A DNA stretch of 63,879 bases, filler included, from Octopus bimaculoides (Eukaryota): assembly GCF_001194135.2 (NCBI RefSeq). It is 3 parts of 3 records of this genome, joined end to end, with 100 filler letters (N's around TTAATTAATTAA, not from the genome) between each part and the next. Parts side by side here need not be neighbours in the genome. Positions count along the whole stretch, not along the records: positions 1 to 22,596 come from NC_068984.1; 2 more parts are not named here. The stretch is one strand, 5' to 3'. Under the pieces are notes generated by a model, which was given only the letters and a program-made list of their open reading frames with translations, searched no databases and was not told where the DNA came from. Of this stretch, positions 1 through 13,460 are shown piece by piece (the stretch's first letter is position 1; each line of letters starts with the position of its first letter). The translations under genes were made by a program, and so were the position numbers.

Positions 1-713
1 GGGAGGAGAAGGATGCAGTAGAAGTAGGGGAGGAAGAAGAAGAATTAGAAGAAGAAGAAGAAGAAGAAGACGACGATAGATGAGAGGAGGAGGACGTGAG
101 TGGAGAATGATGATTTCATATTTCCTTTCCCCTCTCCATCATCTAACCTGAGTACACAGATGATGAAGGAAAGACAATGGTTGCTTGTGCACACAGTAAA
201 TCCCAAACTACTGGGTCACAGTGGTGCAACCACCCACATTCTTCCGCTATGGACACACCACTCCGCAAATCACAGAATTTGATCCTGGGTAAATCTATCT
301 ATCTATTACCGTCCTATCTACCATTACCATTTACTTATTTTCTACAACTCACAAATGAACCTGACATCTATAAAAGTAAAGACGGTGACTTAAAGATGGT
401 GATGATGACGATGATGGAGTACGAACAAAGGTAAAAGAAAGGTCATGTTTAAGGTGAGGATATAATAACAAATATTGAGTTGAGTCATGCATCAGCAGCC
501 CAGTTCTACTTTGCGCCTCCACTAATCATCTCTACCGACCCAGTACCAGGAGCACACATGATCCACTCCTTACCAAAAATCAAAAGCAAGGAAGAAAAAT
601 AAAAGAAGAATAAAAGAAGAAAAAAACTACACATGGGATCTACCCCTAAGAACACATACATGTGATACTTGAACAGAGCAAACCCCTATCATCTGGAAAG
701 TGGAACCAAACTG

Positions 714-731
714 TATTATTTATTTATTTTA

Positions 732-810
<79 letters not shown>

Positions 811-812
811 TT
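714..812. repeat. (TTA)n microsatellite
   Basis: Direct reading; similar arrays at about 45446, 51913, 53556 and 57169. Confidence 0.95.
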
Positions 813-1899
813 ATCCTGCTTTAGCAGTTTGAAGTTTGACATTTTTACTGACAAGTGACTATACTAACATACTTCTTGCTCCAAAATATTTTTGAAACAG
901 AAGTACAAGGAGAGGCTAAAATAAAAAGAAAGGCTAAAAGAAAAAAAAATCATACAAAAAATATTAATAAAATCAGATGAATAAAATAAAAAAATAAAAA
1001 TGCTAGAATATACATTTATCTCAACCAAACATAACTTTTTTTTTTCCACNNNNNNNNNNNNNNNNNNNNNNNNNNNNNNNNNNNNNNNNNNNNNNNNNNN
1101 NNNNNNNNNNNNNNNNNNNNNNNNNNNNNNNNNNNNNNNNNNNNNNNNNNNNNNNNNNNNNNNNNNNNNNNNNNNNNNNNNNNNNNNNNNNNNNNNNNNN
1201 NNNNNNNNNNNNNNNNNNNNNNNNNNNNNNNNNNNNNNNNNNNNNNNNNNNNNNNNNNNNNNNNNNNNNNNNNNNNNNNNNNNNNNNNNNNNNNNNNNNN
1301 NNNNNNNNNNNNNNNNNNNNNNNNNNNNNNNNNNNNNNNNNNNNNNNNNNNNNNNNNNNNNNNNNNNNNNNNNNNNNNNNNNNNNNNNNNNNNNNNNNNN
1401 NNNNNNNNNNNNNNNNNNNNNNNNNNNNNNNNNNNNNNNNNNNNNNNNNNNNNNNNNNNNNNNNNNNNNNNNNNNNNNNNNNNNNNNNNNNNNNNNNNNN
1501 NNNNNGACTTTAACAGTTAGTAGTTATTGCAATAAATAAGATTTTACTTTTGACCTCCTACTCCTCCTCCTCCTCCGCCTCACTCTTATTCTTTGTCTTC
1601 ATCTTTCTCCGTTTCCTGACAGTCTTTCTTCTTTGGTCCGTGAGGAAAGAGGAGCTTAAGGCTCTAACACATTTTTGATGGAATGGAAAAATGAGCGAGA
1701 GAGTGAGAGAGTGAGAAAGAGAGGTGAAAAGACGAGGGAAAAGAGTGAGAAAGACCGAGAGAGAGAGAGACTGAGAGAGAAAGAGAGGTGAGTGAGAGAG
1801 AGAGCATGGAGTAGGGAGATCAAATTACTTGATCCCCTTTTTTTACCATTGTTTTTCCATACCAGCAAAACTTAATTACACGCAAACACATGCGTGCAT

Positions 1900-1933
<34 letters not shown>

Positions 1934-2374
1934 GCACATATATACTTACATACATACACATACATTTATACATATCTATCTATATACATATATATATACA
2001 TATATACATATTATATATATATACATACATACATATATATACATATATATACAAATATATATATATACATATATATATATACATACATATATATACATAT
2101 ATATATATACATATATATACATATATATGTACATATATATATATGTATATATANNNNNNNNNNTAGATATATATATATGTATATAAATTTTTTTAAATGA
2201 AGAAAAAACAACAACGCGAGGACGTGGTACATGCAAAGTATTAGCAGACGCTCAGGGAAGGAAAGAAAAGTAGTTTTACGTTTCAAAGAAACTCTTCTTC
2301 AGGAACAGGAGACAGAGGAAAATCCAAGAGAAAAGGAAGACAGAGGGAAAAAATCCACATGTAATTACATTTTG

Positions 2375-2405
<31 letters not shown>

Positions 2406-2499
2406 GATGTGCATACATACATACAGATTTAGTCATAAATGTGTTTATGTAAACAAAAACACTACAGTTCTTTAGTGTGGGTGTGTCTTCATCTTCATC

Positions 2500-2900
2500 A
2501 TTTTTATGCACATTTTCTAATGCTTACATGGGTTAGATGAGTCCTTGCTAGCACAACATTATTGCCACATACGGCATTCTATCCTTTCATTGTTATCTCC
2601 TCTTTCATGCTGTTTAGCCTCTTGGGATCACATTTCATCACTTCTTCCCCAGTATCTTCCTTGATCTTTCTCTCCTGCTTGGATTGATTGCTTGGCATTT
2701 CTTTAGCCAACTGTCAGTATTACATCACATGTCTATAACTATGCATTCTCCTCTTTCTCTTATGCACCGCAGCTCATCATTTCCCACTAACTTTGCCTGC
2801 AGCAGAATGCACACTAGCACGAGATACTTTACCTCCACAGTATGAATCTTATGTTATCGAACATACCTCATGTTAGTTTCATCAGCCATACTCTTCTGTA
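2500..2900 (-). mobile_element. Degenerate RTE-like LINE 3' fragment
   Basis: Weak minus-strand similarity to the RTE ORF2 C-terminal region; many stops. Confidence 0.4.
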
Positions 2901-2925
2901 CTGGCTTTGGGAAAGCTGAAGGGAG

Positions 2926-3336
2926 CTCTTTTACTCTTTTACTCTTTTACTTGTTTCAGTCATTTGACTGTGGCCATGCTGGAGCACCACCTTTAGTCGA
3001 GCAAATCGACCCCAGGACTTATTCTTTGGAAGCCTAGTACTTATTCTATCGGTCTCTTTTGCCGAACCGCTAAGTTACGGGGACGTAAATACACCAGCAT
3101 TGGTTGCCAAGCGACGTTGGGGGGACAAACACAGACACACAAACATATATACATACATACATATATATACATATATACAACAGGCTTCTTTCAGTTTCCG
3201 TCTACCAAATCCACTCACAAGGCTTTGGTCAGCCCGAGGCTATAGTAGAAGACACTTGCCCAAGGTGCCACGCAGTGGGACTGAACCCGGAAACATGTGG
3301 TTGGTAATCAAACTACTTACCACACAGCCACTACTG
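2926..3336 (-). mobile_element. Full-length tRNA/CORE-type SINE with internal microsatellite and (TAAAAGAG)n tail
   Basis: CORE-like CCTTGGGCAAGTGTCTT. Homologous pieces at about 9630-9790, 15270-15600, 17870-18060, 18990-19140, 22900-23110, 26765-26920, 29085-29235, 29857-30030, 50640-50800, 58480-58620, 60050-60300. Confidence 0.85.
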
Positions 3337-3799
3337 CTGTTAATTTTGGGATTTTCCTTCTCTTGGATTGATTGCTTTCACTACAGCTAAGGAGCTCAAT
3401 CTACCCTTACAAAAAAATCTATTTAACCTATAGATGGAACCCTGACAGGTAATACCATTCCGGATCAGAACAAATCTGGGAGTAATGATAATTAAGTGGT
3501 GACTCCATGCTCCCCACAACTCCAGAACCTGTGAGCTGGGGCCGCACCACTGGATGCAGTTGTTTAATGTCATACCAAAGGCCATAGCTCAGTGGTCTCC
3601 AGTCTTTTTTGCACCATAGACTGATTTCATGCAAGACAAATTTTTCAAGGATTGAGGCATCATATGCATAACAAAACAAAATAAGGTGCATGATATATAA
3701 TTCAATTATTATATATATATATAATACATAAATAATACAAAAACACTCTCCCTACAGACTGAAATAATCAATCAAATAGGAATAAAAAATAAAATTGAA

Positions 3800-4154
3800 C
3801 CCTTTATCATTTAAACCAGTCATATCAAGCCCAAATATTGTACATGTTTTGAACCTAAAACTGGCCAGATCCAATCTCTCACACCTATCCTACAATGTCA
3901 TTCTAGAAATATACAATCACATCCTTCTTTTCTACTCTAGGCACAAGATCAGAAATTTGGGGGGTAGGCGGGGCCAGTCAATTAGATCAACCCCCAGTAC
4001 ACAACTGGTACTTAATTTATCGACCCTGAAAGGATGAAAGGCAAAGTAGACACATCATTGAAATCCTGAAGCTACATGACAATGCAGGATTAATTCGAAG
4101 CAATGTGAATAAATAAGCATTAACACTTAACACAATATACTGAATGCTAAAGGG
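3800..4154. mobile_element. piggyBac-like MITE copy carrying a nested SINE (3924-4050)
   Basis: CCCTTTA...CTAAAGGG-TTAA termini and internal homology to 19674-19893. The SINE fragment is flanked by a CACATC duplication (3918-3923, 4051-4056). Confidence 0.72.
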
Positions 4155-4674
4155 TTAAGAATTGATTCTTTCTGTGTAACCCAGTACCAGATGATCTGGT
4201 GCCTGGTACTAGTCTGCTATCTGGGGACTCCTGCTATACCCGATTTCCCTTGCACCCTATTTTTCTCGCAGCATATTTTTTGTTCTGTTGTTTCAGCATA
4301 CTACATTTCTCACTACATTTATTTTTCATTCAATGCCAATGCACTTCCTCTGCATTCCGCGCTCGCTTTTTTTACTGTCATGCAGCATCACACAAGCAGC
4401 ATAGGATCTGCCCTTCACTCAGAGAGAAAAATCCCTTTGTTCTCAGCAGAAGTAATTGCTCCTTGAATTTTTTGCACTCTCTACTTGCTTTAGTTATTAT
4501 TGCTTTCAGAACATCAACACCCACTCACTGCTAATTAGGTCACCTAGGCAACAAAAACTGCAAACTATTCTAGGAGGAGTGAGAGTCAGGTAAGCCCTGA
4601 ACAAAACTACTCCACTTAAAAAACAAATCCTTTGTTACAGGTTACTCAGTAACAAGATATATGCACATGTGCAT

Positions 4675-4727
<53 letters not shown>

Positions 4728-4751
4728 CATACATATACAAACACACATATA

Positions 4752-5224
4752 CAGGGTGTTTGGGCTAAATTTGACAGTTTGCACAAAAGAATAAGAAAGC
4801 ACAATATCTTATCCAAAGATCCCAAAATCAAAAGACCTCAACTAGTTTACAGCTGGGAGATAACAGTTTACACAGTCTAGCAGCCCTCGGATTCTACCAC
4901 AGCCTTAAGAAGGCTCCAGAACCTGACACAGGCATTCTTCACTGTGTACCTGGGAAGATTTTCAAACACTTCCTTGATCTTGGCCATCAGATCAGTTGAT
5001 ATCTTTCTCAAGCAGGTTCTACACACCGTCATCCATGGAATTATAATTGGGGGGATTAGGAGGCCAAAAATTGGAGCTGGTGAAGCCACAGAAATTCTCC
5101 AACAACTGCTTCTGACCCCACCCCCCTTGAGGGATGGCAAGGAGCCAAATCCTACTGCCACATATATGACCTCCCAGCAGCAACCCTCACTAGCCAGGGT
5201 TTGACCAGTCTCCAGCAGCCTCAC
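4752..5224 (-). mobile_element. IS630-Tc1-mariner superfamily 3' fragment
   Basis: TA-CAGGGTG terminus; minus-strand FWPPNSPNYNSMD motif and C-terminal LMAKIKEVFENLP..VKNAC..F..LKAVVESEG. Confidence 0.7.
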
Positions 5225-5571
5225 ATTTCTTTTTTTTTTTGTGCCCTTTTAAAGCCTAGCCAGGCTCATGGGCCCAGTTTCCATGGCGTATGTTTTTCTC
5301 CCCCAGCTGGAAGGGATGCCAGTCCATTGCAAAAGCAGCTTCACATAGCTATCTGAATTTAACCTCAGGCCCTGTTCAAAGACACGGGCAGTATGACATC
5401 ACACTCACTGTAGACATATCCAAAGGCCAAAGTTTGGAGGGACTTGGTTTTTGTGATGTCCATGTCACATCTTACAGTCTTTACAGCGTTCACAGAGCAT
5501 TGATCAGCAGTTGACTTTTCAACCAATGCATCAAGCTGTAATACACACAAACACATAGGTATATATATATA

Positions 5572-6040
5572 TCATCATCATCATCATCATCATCGTTTAA
5601 CATTCGCTTTCCATGCTAGTATGGGCTGGACGATTTAACTGAGGACTGGTGAAGCCAGATGGAAACACCTGGCTCCAATCTGATCTGGCAGAGTTTCTAC
5701 AGCTGGATGCCCTTCCTAAGGCCAACCACTCAGAGAGTGTAGTGGGTGCTTTTACGTGCCACCCGCACGAAGGCCAGTCAGGCAGTACTGGCAACAGCCA
5801 CGCTCAAAATGGTGTATTTTATGTGTCACCCGCACAAGAGCCAGTCCAGGGGCACTGGCAACGATCTCACTTGAAAATCCTTACACATGTCACGGGCACA
5901 AGTGCCAGAAAGGCGACCCTGGGCACAGGTGCCATCCCGATTTCGCTTTCGCTTGCCCCAATAAGTCTTCGCAAGCTGAGTTTCGTGTCCAATGAAGAAG
6001 ATGACGTTGGCATGGGTACCAGTCATCGAATTAAGTTCGA
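5572..6040 (-). mobile_element. SINE family with (GAT)n tail and GGGCATCCAGCTG motif
   Basis: Homologs at 8575-9183 (+), 10280-10420, 11770-11900, 13290-13440 and 21845-22140; variable internal tandem repeats. Confidence 0.75.
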
Positions 6041-6176
6041 TATGTATGTATACGCAAAGAAGAACACTGATATTTGTTGAGATTCTTGATAAACAAAATA
6101 TTTCTTCTGTAAACAAAAAAAGAGTTTGGAGAGAACTGTTCTTGGACTGATGTGATTATGTATGTATGTATGCTTG

Positions 6177-6394
6177 TGTTGTGTGGATGCCCCCAGGTGA
6201 TAAGTAGGCTGGTCTAATACGTATAAATAGTGGACATGATAGCTAGTCATAGAAGCGTCGCGTAGAGCGAGCCGGAGCCATCGGTAGACTAGACTTTGAG
6301 TTTTGTTGAGTTGAGTTGTCGGAAGTGAGAGTTCCGTAGTTGAGTAGAGGTACGTTATTGGTGAAGGCACGCCATCTGAACGTGCGATATAACA
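6177..6394. mobile_element. Solo-LTR-like element
   Basis: TGTTGTG...ATAACA termini; 5-bp flanks GCTTG/GCATG; shares its 5' end and ATAAATAG with 17501-17652. Confidence 0.55.
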
Positions 6395-8059
6395 GCATGT
6401 ATGTATGTATGTACGTATGTATATGAATATTAAAGTATTGGAGAGGTAGATAGAAATAACAGAGTGTCAGAAAAAATGCCATAGAGTATTTAGTTTTGTA
6501 CTTTTACACTCTGCATGCAACCATTGTGTGTCAACTTTGACTTTCATTCCAATGATGTTGATTAAATAAGTACCAGTTACATATTGCAATGATTCAATTC
6601 CACATATACATACATATATAAATACATATATATATGTGTGTGTATATAGCCATCAGACATCTGGCTTTGTGCCAAAGTTTGTAAACCTTACTTGTATTCA
6701 CAACATATCTATCTTTCACAGGAAGTTTAAATATATAATCCTAACATGTAAATATGCTTGTATGTTTATATGATTTTCCTCTCCAATAAAGGGCCTGGTA
6801 TGTAATATCAGTTGATGATTACAGCAGTGCACAGGGCAACAAGAGAGAAACTCTTAATATCTTTTATTTGTATTCTGATATTTTTTACCAGTTCTAATGA
6901 CTATGCATGATTGCATCCTTGGTTACGTAAATATATCATTAGTGGTAATTATAAAAACTGAATAATTTATAAACACACTGACTTCTAAGTTTTGACCAAT
7001 AGCACTTCTCTAAAACACAATCAAGGGGCATAAATGATTTGAGTTGAGAGAATAAGTACCAGGCTTTAAAAAAAAATACCGGGGTTGATGCATTCAACTA
7101 AGATTTTTGAAGGCTATGTCCCAGCATGGTCACAGTCTAATCACTGAAAGAAGTAAAAGATGAGAGATAACAAACCAATGGTCAAACTTAGATAACAAAC
7201 CAATGGTCAAACATAGAAGAGATGTGTCCAAGTTAGCACACATTGGGACTAGCCCCAGAACCACTTAGTTGTGAAGCGAACTTCTAAGGCTACTTGAATA
7301 AAACCCAGATATTCTAACTTCTACATATGTGTGTATGCATGTATTTTATGTGTGTATGTTTGCATGTGGTGTGTATCTATGTATCTTGTCATGTCCTTGG
7401 CTAACACACTTAACTTTCAAACAGCTCGAAGTATCTAACTATAACTATGTACCATAAATAAGTACATAACTATAAGCATTCATCTGGGTCACCATTGTAG
7501 GCAGCAAGAACACCATACATTTAACAAGTGTTTCATTAACTTGCAGTGCTGAGTTAAAATCCACTTATGCACCTGGAAAATGTCAGAATAGAAAAAATTC
7601 AGTACTAAGTTTCTTAAACCTGAGTCCTCAGATCATCTTGGTCTTATCTCTGCAGCTGAATTCATGTTGGTGTTAAATAGCATATCCCACATAAAACTCG
7701 TGAATTTTAAGTAAAATAAAAATTATAGTCTTTAGCTACTGACTGCACTTATAATTTGTCAGTTAAATTTGAGGGCTTATGAAGGTCATCTGCCAAGCAA
7801 GTCAGGCTGTGACAATAGGATTTAATAGGGTTCTCTTTTTCTTTTGTAGGAACAAGTATTTCAACCAGCCAGTCAGAAAGCCAGCATCAGCAATGTGCCC
7901 AGCAAATCAAACTGCAACCTGTTTGAATGAACTTGTCTCTTTATTGCCTCTTCAGGTGTCAATTGTAGTGCCCCAGCATAACTATAATCTACTTGTTGGA
8001 TCTGGAACATAAGATACAACCAAAATATAATTTTATTTTATTATTGGTTTCAACCACGG

Positions 8060-8430
8060 GTTGTGGCCATGCTTGTTTATTTTAGACTCACTTCCAGGTC
8101 CTGTCCCTGGAATCAGTCCAGGTGAATTAGTGAGTAAGACAGAGCTGCCTTTCTTTGCATTTCTTGCTGTGATGTGGGTTCATCTGATATATCAGATAAA
8201 AGTTTGTCTAATTGTTCTTTAAACACATCCACATCTACACCTCATAGTTCTCTAAGGCCTTTTGACAAGGTACTAAAATGTTTCAGTCATAATATTGAGT
8301 TCTTTCTCTGAATAGAGAGGACCGGACCTTTGACACTATGCAGTAGTGTCCTGTCCAGGTGATTGGTGTAGCTTTCAGTCCCAAAGCTGGGTGCTAGCCC
8401 TTCCAGTATTTTCCATAAATGAAGCCAGTA
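8060..8430 (-). mobile_element. CR1/L2-like LINE 3' fragment
   Basis: Minus-strand WKILEGLAPSFG...VDVDVFKEQLDKLLSDISDEPT resembles the C-terminus of CR1-type ORF2. Confidence 0.6.
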
Positions 8431-8574
8431 TGCTTCACTGGATGTGTAATGTCAGTGTGCATGTTCGACAGAGTGTAAGATCTTGAGAGAAAAGCTAGGC
8501 ATAAGAGGAATCAGATGTGGTGTGCAAGAGAGAGATGACTGCACTGGTATGGTCATGTGATGCATATGGATGAG

Positions 8575-9183
8575 GACAGTTGTGTAAAGAGGTGCTGATC
8601 TCTAACTGTGGAGGGAACCTGTGGCAGATGTAGACCCAGGAAGATACGAGACAAGGTGGTGAAGCATGACCTTCAAACTTTGAGCCTCACAGAGGCAATG
8701 ACTAGTGACCGAGACCTTTGGTGATGTGTTATGCTTGAGAGGACCCATCAAGCAAAGTGCATCCATGCTGGTGGCACATAAAGAACACCTTTTATACATT
8801 GGGCCTCATGGAGGTAAAGTGACTGAGTTCCTTTTGAGCATTGGGCCTTCACAGAGGCAATGACCAAGGCCTTTGTCATTATGTTGTGCTTGAGAAGAAG
8901 ACCCATCAAGCCGAGCAAAATTGCAATCATGACAGATACAGGTATCATGAAATTGACACCCATGCCAGTGGCATGTAAAAGCACTCCGGTGTCACGCAAA
9001 TGGCATCCGTACCGGTGGTATGTAAAAGCACCCATTACATTCTCAAAGTAGTTGGTGTTAGGAAGAGCATCCAGCTGTAGAAAACCATGCCAAATCAGAT
9101 TGAAGCAAGCCAGCCCGGTAAAATCGTCTGACCCATGCCAGCACAGACAAAGGACATTAAATGATGATGATGATGATGATGAT
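8575..9183 (+). mobile_element. Same (GAT)n-tailed SINE family with expanded internal repeats
   Basis: GGAAGAGCATCCAGCTGTAGAAA...GGACATTAAATGATGATG; internal degenerate direct repeats at 8670-8930. Confidence 0.7.
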
Positions 9184-9830
9184 TATCACTGTATATCTTT
9201 GTGTTCTTCTCTTCAGGGATTAGAGCCTCAACTCTTATAGCCTCTCCCAGTAGTCCACCACCAACACTTTTAAGTATATGCATGTGAACAATAGCTTTGT
9301 AGCACAAAAGACCTGAAAGAGTAGTCCAAAATCAATGGTGCATTGTTGAAAAGTTTGTGCACTCAACTTTTGAAAGCATACATCCACTGAGATGGCTTTA
9401 ACTATTTGCAAGATGTTTCTAGCTTAGATTTTTGTTTCACATAATCTTGGTTACTATAAAAAGTGCCTGCTTAATGTGCATTTCTTATCAGGCACTGAAA
9501 ATACATTTGCTATAATAAAATTATTACTCTTAGTACAACAATGTCTTTCATACAATAGTTGGAGGTGGCAACAGCATTTTGTGTTCTGATAGGCTGTGCA
9601 GTTTCAGAGCCTTTTATAAATGCTAAGGGGTGGGTGTGACTGTGTGGTAAGAAGTTCACTCTCTAACTCCATAATTTCAAGTTTAGACCCACTGTATGAC
9701 AGCTTGGGCAAGTGACTTCCACTATAACCCTGGGCCGAACAAAGCCTTGTAAGTGAGTTTCATGGAAAGAAACAAAGAATCCCATCATGCATGCATATAT
9801 GTATGTACGCAGGTGCATGTGTGTGCATAC

Positions 9831-9863
<33 letters not shown>

Positions 9864-10979
9864 TGCACATGAATGCATACATGTGTGTTATTTTGTGTTA
9901 TTTCTTTACTGCCCATATGGGGCTACACACAGAGGAGACAAACAAGGACAGACAAACGGATTAAGTCGATTATATCGACCCCACTGCGTAACTGGTACTT
10001 ATTTAATCGACCCCGAAAGTATGAAAGGCAAAATTGACCTTGGCGGAATTTGAACTCAGAACGTAGTGGCAGACGAAATACTGCTAAGCATTTCACCCAG
10101 CGCGCTAACATTTCTGCCAGCTCGCTACCTTGTATACATGTGTGTCTTTGTGTTGCTGTCTCCTTGCTTTGACTTCACTTGATTGTTGTAAATGTGCGTC
10201 ACTGCCTTCCAATCAACAATCTTCATTTCTGGTCTTCTGTGAAAAATATCTGGTCATGGGAAAATATTTATTACCTTACCTGGAAACAAGTAAGGGTTGG
10301 TTGGTTGGTTGCAAGAAGGGCATCTAGTCATTAAAAACCCATCTCAATATATTCTGTCCAACCCATGCATGGGAAAGTGAACACTCAAATGATGTGATGA
10401 TGATGATGATGATGATGGTGACGATGATGATGATGACGACTACAACAATGACAACGAAAGTACTGATGGCACACCAAACTCTCTCTCTTGTGTTGTAAGT
10501 TGTTTATGACAAAATTTTTGGCAGCTTTATTCCATCAACTGCAACTATTCTGAAAATTTTCTTTAAGATTAGTTCAATTGGTTAAATATGTTATTTGAAG
10601 CATTCATTCAGAATAAGCAGGTGTACCACCATAATACTTGAGATTCAGGTTTTGTAGACAGTGGCTCTTTTTTTTTTTTTTGTATTTGTATTCAACTTGT
10701 ATGCAATTTTGCAAAGTAATCCAACCCCATGTCAGGATATGTTTTTTTCTCATACCAGCTGCTGTTCATGTTTACACCCTAAATCTCAAGCTTCTTGCAA
10801 TTGCCAAAATGAATTTCAAAGAACAATAGGCACACGTGTGACTGTATAGTGAAGTTTGCTTTCCAACTAGGTGGTCTCGGGTTCAGTCCCACTGTGTAGC
10901 AGCACCTTGGTCAAGAGTCATAGAAAATTTGCCTCAATAAATTTCTTTGAACCATGCAAGCATGGAAAATGGACGTTAA

Positions 10980-10991
10980 ATGATGATGACA

Positions 10992-11034
<43 letters not shown>

Positions 11035-11056
11035 CGACGACGACGACGACGACGAC

Positions 11057-11105
<49 letters not shown>

Positions 11106-11158
11106 ATGATGATGATGGTGATGGTGATGATGATGATGATGATGATGGTGATGATGAA
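10980..11158. repeat. (GAT)n/(GAC)n/(GGT)n compound microsatellite
   Basis: Direct reading; grows from a SINE tail. Confidence 0.95.
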
Positions 11159-11420
11159 GGGCTTCTTTTCTATAAAAAAAACTATTTTGTACTTTGATGA
11201 CTCAAAAATCATATCAACCTTACTTTATTGACCCCCGAAGAGACAAAAGGCAAAGTTGACCTCAGTGGGAGTTGAACTCAGAACATAAAGAGCCAGAAGA
11301 AATGCTACTAAGTATTTTGCCTGATGTGCATACAATTCTGCTAGCTCCCCACCTTATGAACTGATACACAGCTTGTTAATTCATATAAGAAGGAACCAAT
11401 GCAACAATAAAAAAAAAAAG

Positions 11421-11605
11421 ATAATGCATTATTGACTAAAGATTCACATAATGCAGTCTAGACTAAAGATTCACATAATGCATTATTGACTAAAGATTCA
11501 CATAATGCAGTCTAGACTNNNNNNNNNNATTCACATAATGCAGTCTAGACTAAAGATTCACATAATGCATTATTGACTAAAGATTCACATAATGCAGTCT
11601 AGACT
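11421..11605. repeat. 27-bp minisatellite with two unit variants
   Basis: ACTAAAGATTCACATAATGC + ATTATTG or AGTCTAG; interrupted by a 10-N gap. Confidence 0.9.
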
Positions 11606-13460
11606 ATCTGCATATACAGCAGCTGCTCTGTACAAGATATATGAGTTGTAAATTAGTGTGGAGCACACTTGTATGTTCTGTTGGATCAGCAGCTGATCAG
11701 AGATGAAGTAATTTATTTTATTCCATGAAGAAAACAGAGTCTTTGTCATCGTCGTCGTCATTGTCATCATCATCGTTTTTAACATCCATTTTCCCACACA
11801 TGGAATTTGTTGAAGAAGAATTACTATGGCTGGATGCCATTCCTGTCAACAACCCTCACCTGTTTTAAAGTAAGGTAATATTTCCCATCACCAGACATGT
11901 TACCATGAAAGATTGGAAACTTAAAACACTGCAAGTACGATGGTGACTCACATTTACAATTATCATGCATTGTCAAAGCAAGAAGACACTAGCAGACACA
12001 CACAAACGTACAGCTACACTTACATGAAAGATGGCCCTCTTTCAGTTTCCTGTAATCGACTTAATCCCTTTGTCTGTCCTTGTTTGTCCCCTCCATGTTT
12101 AGCTCCTCATGGGCAATAAAGAAATAAGAAATTTATTGCTTAGTGGAGCTTCTAAATTGTCTTCACATCACGAATGCATTGTGCAAACCAAGCAGTATTT
12201 AATAGGGTATGTTCAAAGTGTTGTTAGAGACAACTCCTTCAATATGGAATAAAAAATAACACTTGGCAGGTCAGCTTATTAGATGTATAATAATGATATA
12301 CTAAAATTACATTAATCTAGGTCAGTTATAATTGCCCCTCCTAAAAAAAGTCTCAAAACTTCAGAAAAACACCTCATATACATGTAACTTTGTTCACCTG
12401 TCTTCTTTCAGCATTTTTGTCACATGATTTCTTATTTTTGTCATTACAATTAATTAACTTCCAGCATACATCTGCGTACATGAATGTTTTGTGTGTGTTT
12501 ACAAATATACTTGATATTATTATATCTTTCTTTCAATATTGTACGAGGTATTCATTTGCAAAGATTTTCGTCTAAGTGTTTATGTGCCTATATTTGTATT
12601 TTATTCTTTTTTTTTTAATATATGCATTATGTGTACATAGATACATATTCATATATTCGGCACGTGTACATCTAAGAACATATATATGCATATATGTATC
12701 TATGTGTATATATATGGGAGAGTCATTCTCTTTTGGTGCCTTATAATTTAAGACACTCACCGGTAAAATTTCCACTTATTCCTTTTTTTTTTTTTTTCTA
12801 AAATTTTCATTGCATCTTGCAACCTTTTCAATAGTTTTGACTATTGAAAAGACACAACGAAAATTTTAGGAAAATAAAAATAAGGAATAAGTGGAAATTT
12901 TACTGGTGAGTGTGTTAAGTTATAAGGCACCAAAAGAGAATGACTCTCCCCAGGCACAACAGAATATACTTCAACACACAAACTCACATGAAGTCTACAT
13001 AGGAGGATATTCTCAACATCTTTTCTCGTGTCTAGCAAGAAGTATTTTGATTGCATGGGTGACGCCTTAATATGAAAAGTCATCATGAAATCTAAAGTTT
13101 AGGAGCAGTGTGCTTGGCATCCCTAGAGTAGTGACTTAGTATAATAAAAAGTGTATGGTACTAAGATACATCTTTTAGCACATTTACTTTCATCTTTCTG
13201 GAACTTGAGTTCAGGACTTGCTAAAGTCCAAAGTCAAATTTCTTTTGAACTCCCACCTGTTCCTCCTCCTCCTCCTCCTCATCACCATCATCATCTTCAT
13301 CACCATCATCATTTAATGTCCCTGTTCCATACTGGCATGAGTTGGACAGTTTGACAGAACTTGGTTGGCCCAAGGACTGCATCATGCTCCAGTATCTGTT
13401 TTGGCCTGGTGTCTATGGCTGAATGCATTTCCTTATGTCTACTGTTTATATTAGCCAGAC

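Noticed and set aside
7165-7212. 23-bp direct repeat (and a roughly 100-bp degenerate duplication at 19972-20282)
   Set aside because: Ordinary local slippage duplications with no further structure.
7850-7925. Strong acceptor at 7848-7849 followed by GTSISTSQSESQHQQCAQQIKLQPV*
   Set aside because: Isolated candidate exon with no recognisable homology or linked upstream exons.
11421-11605. CRISPR-like repeat-spacer appearance
   Set aside because: The variable part is only 7 bp with two recurring variants, there are no cas genes, and the context is eukaryotic.
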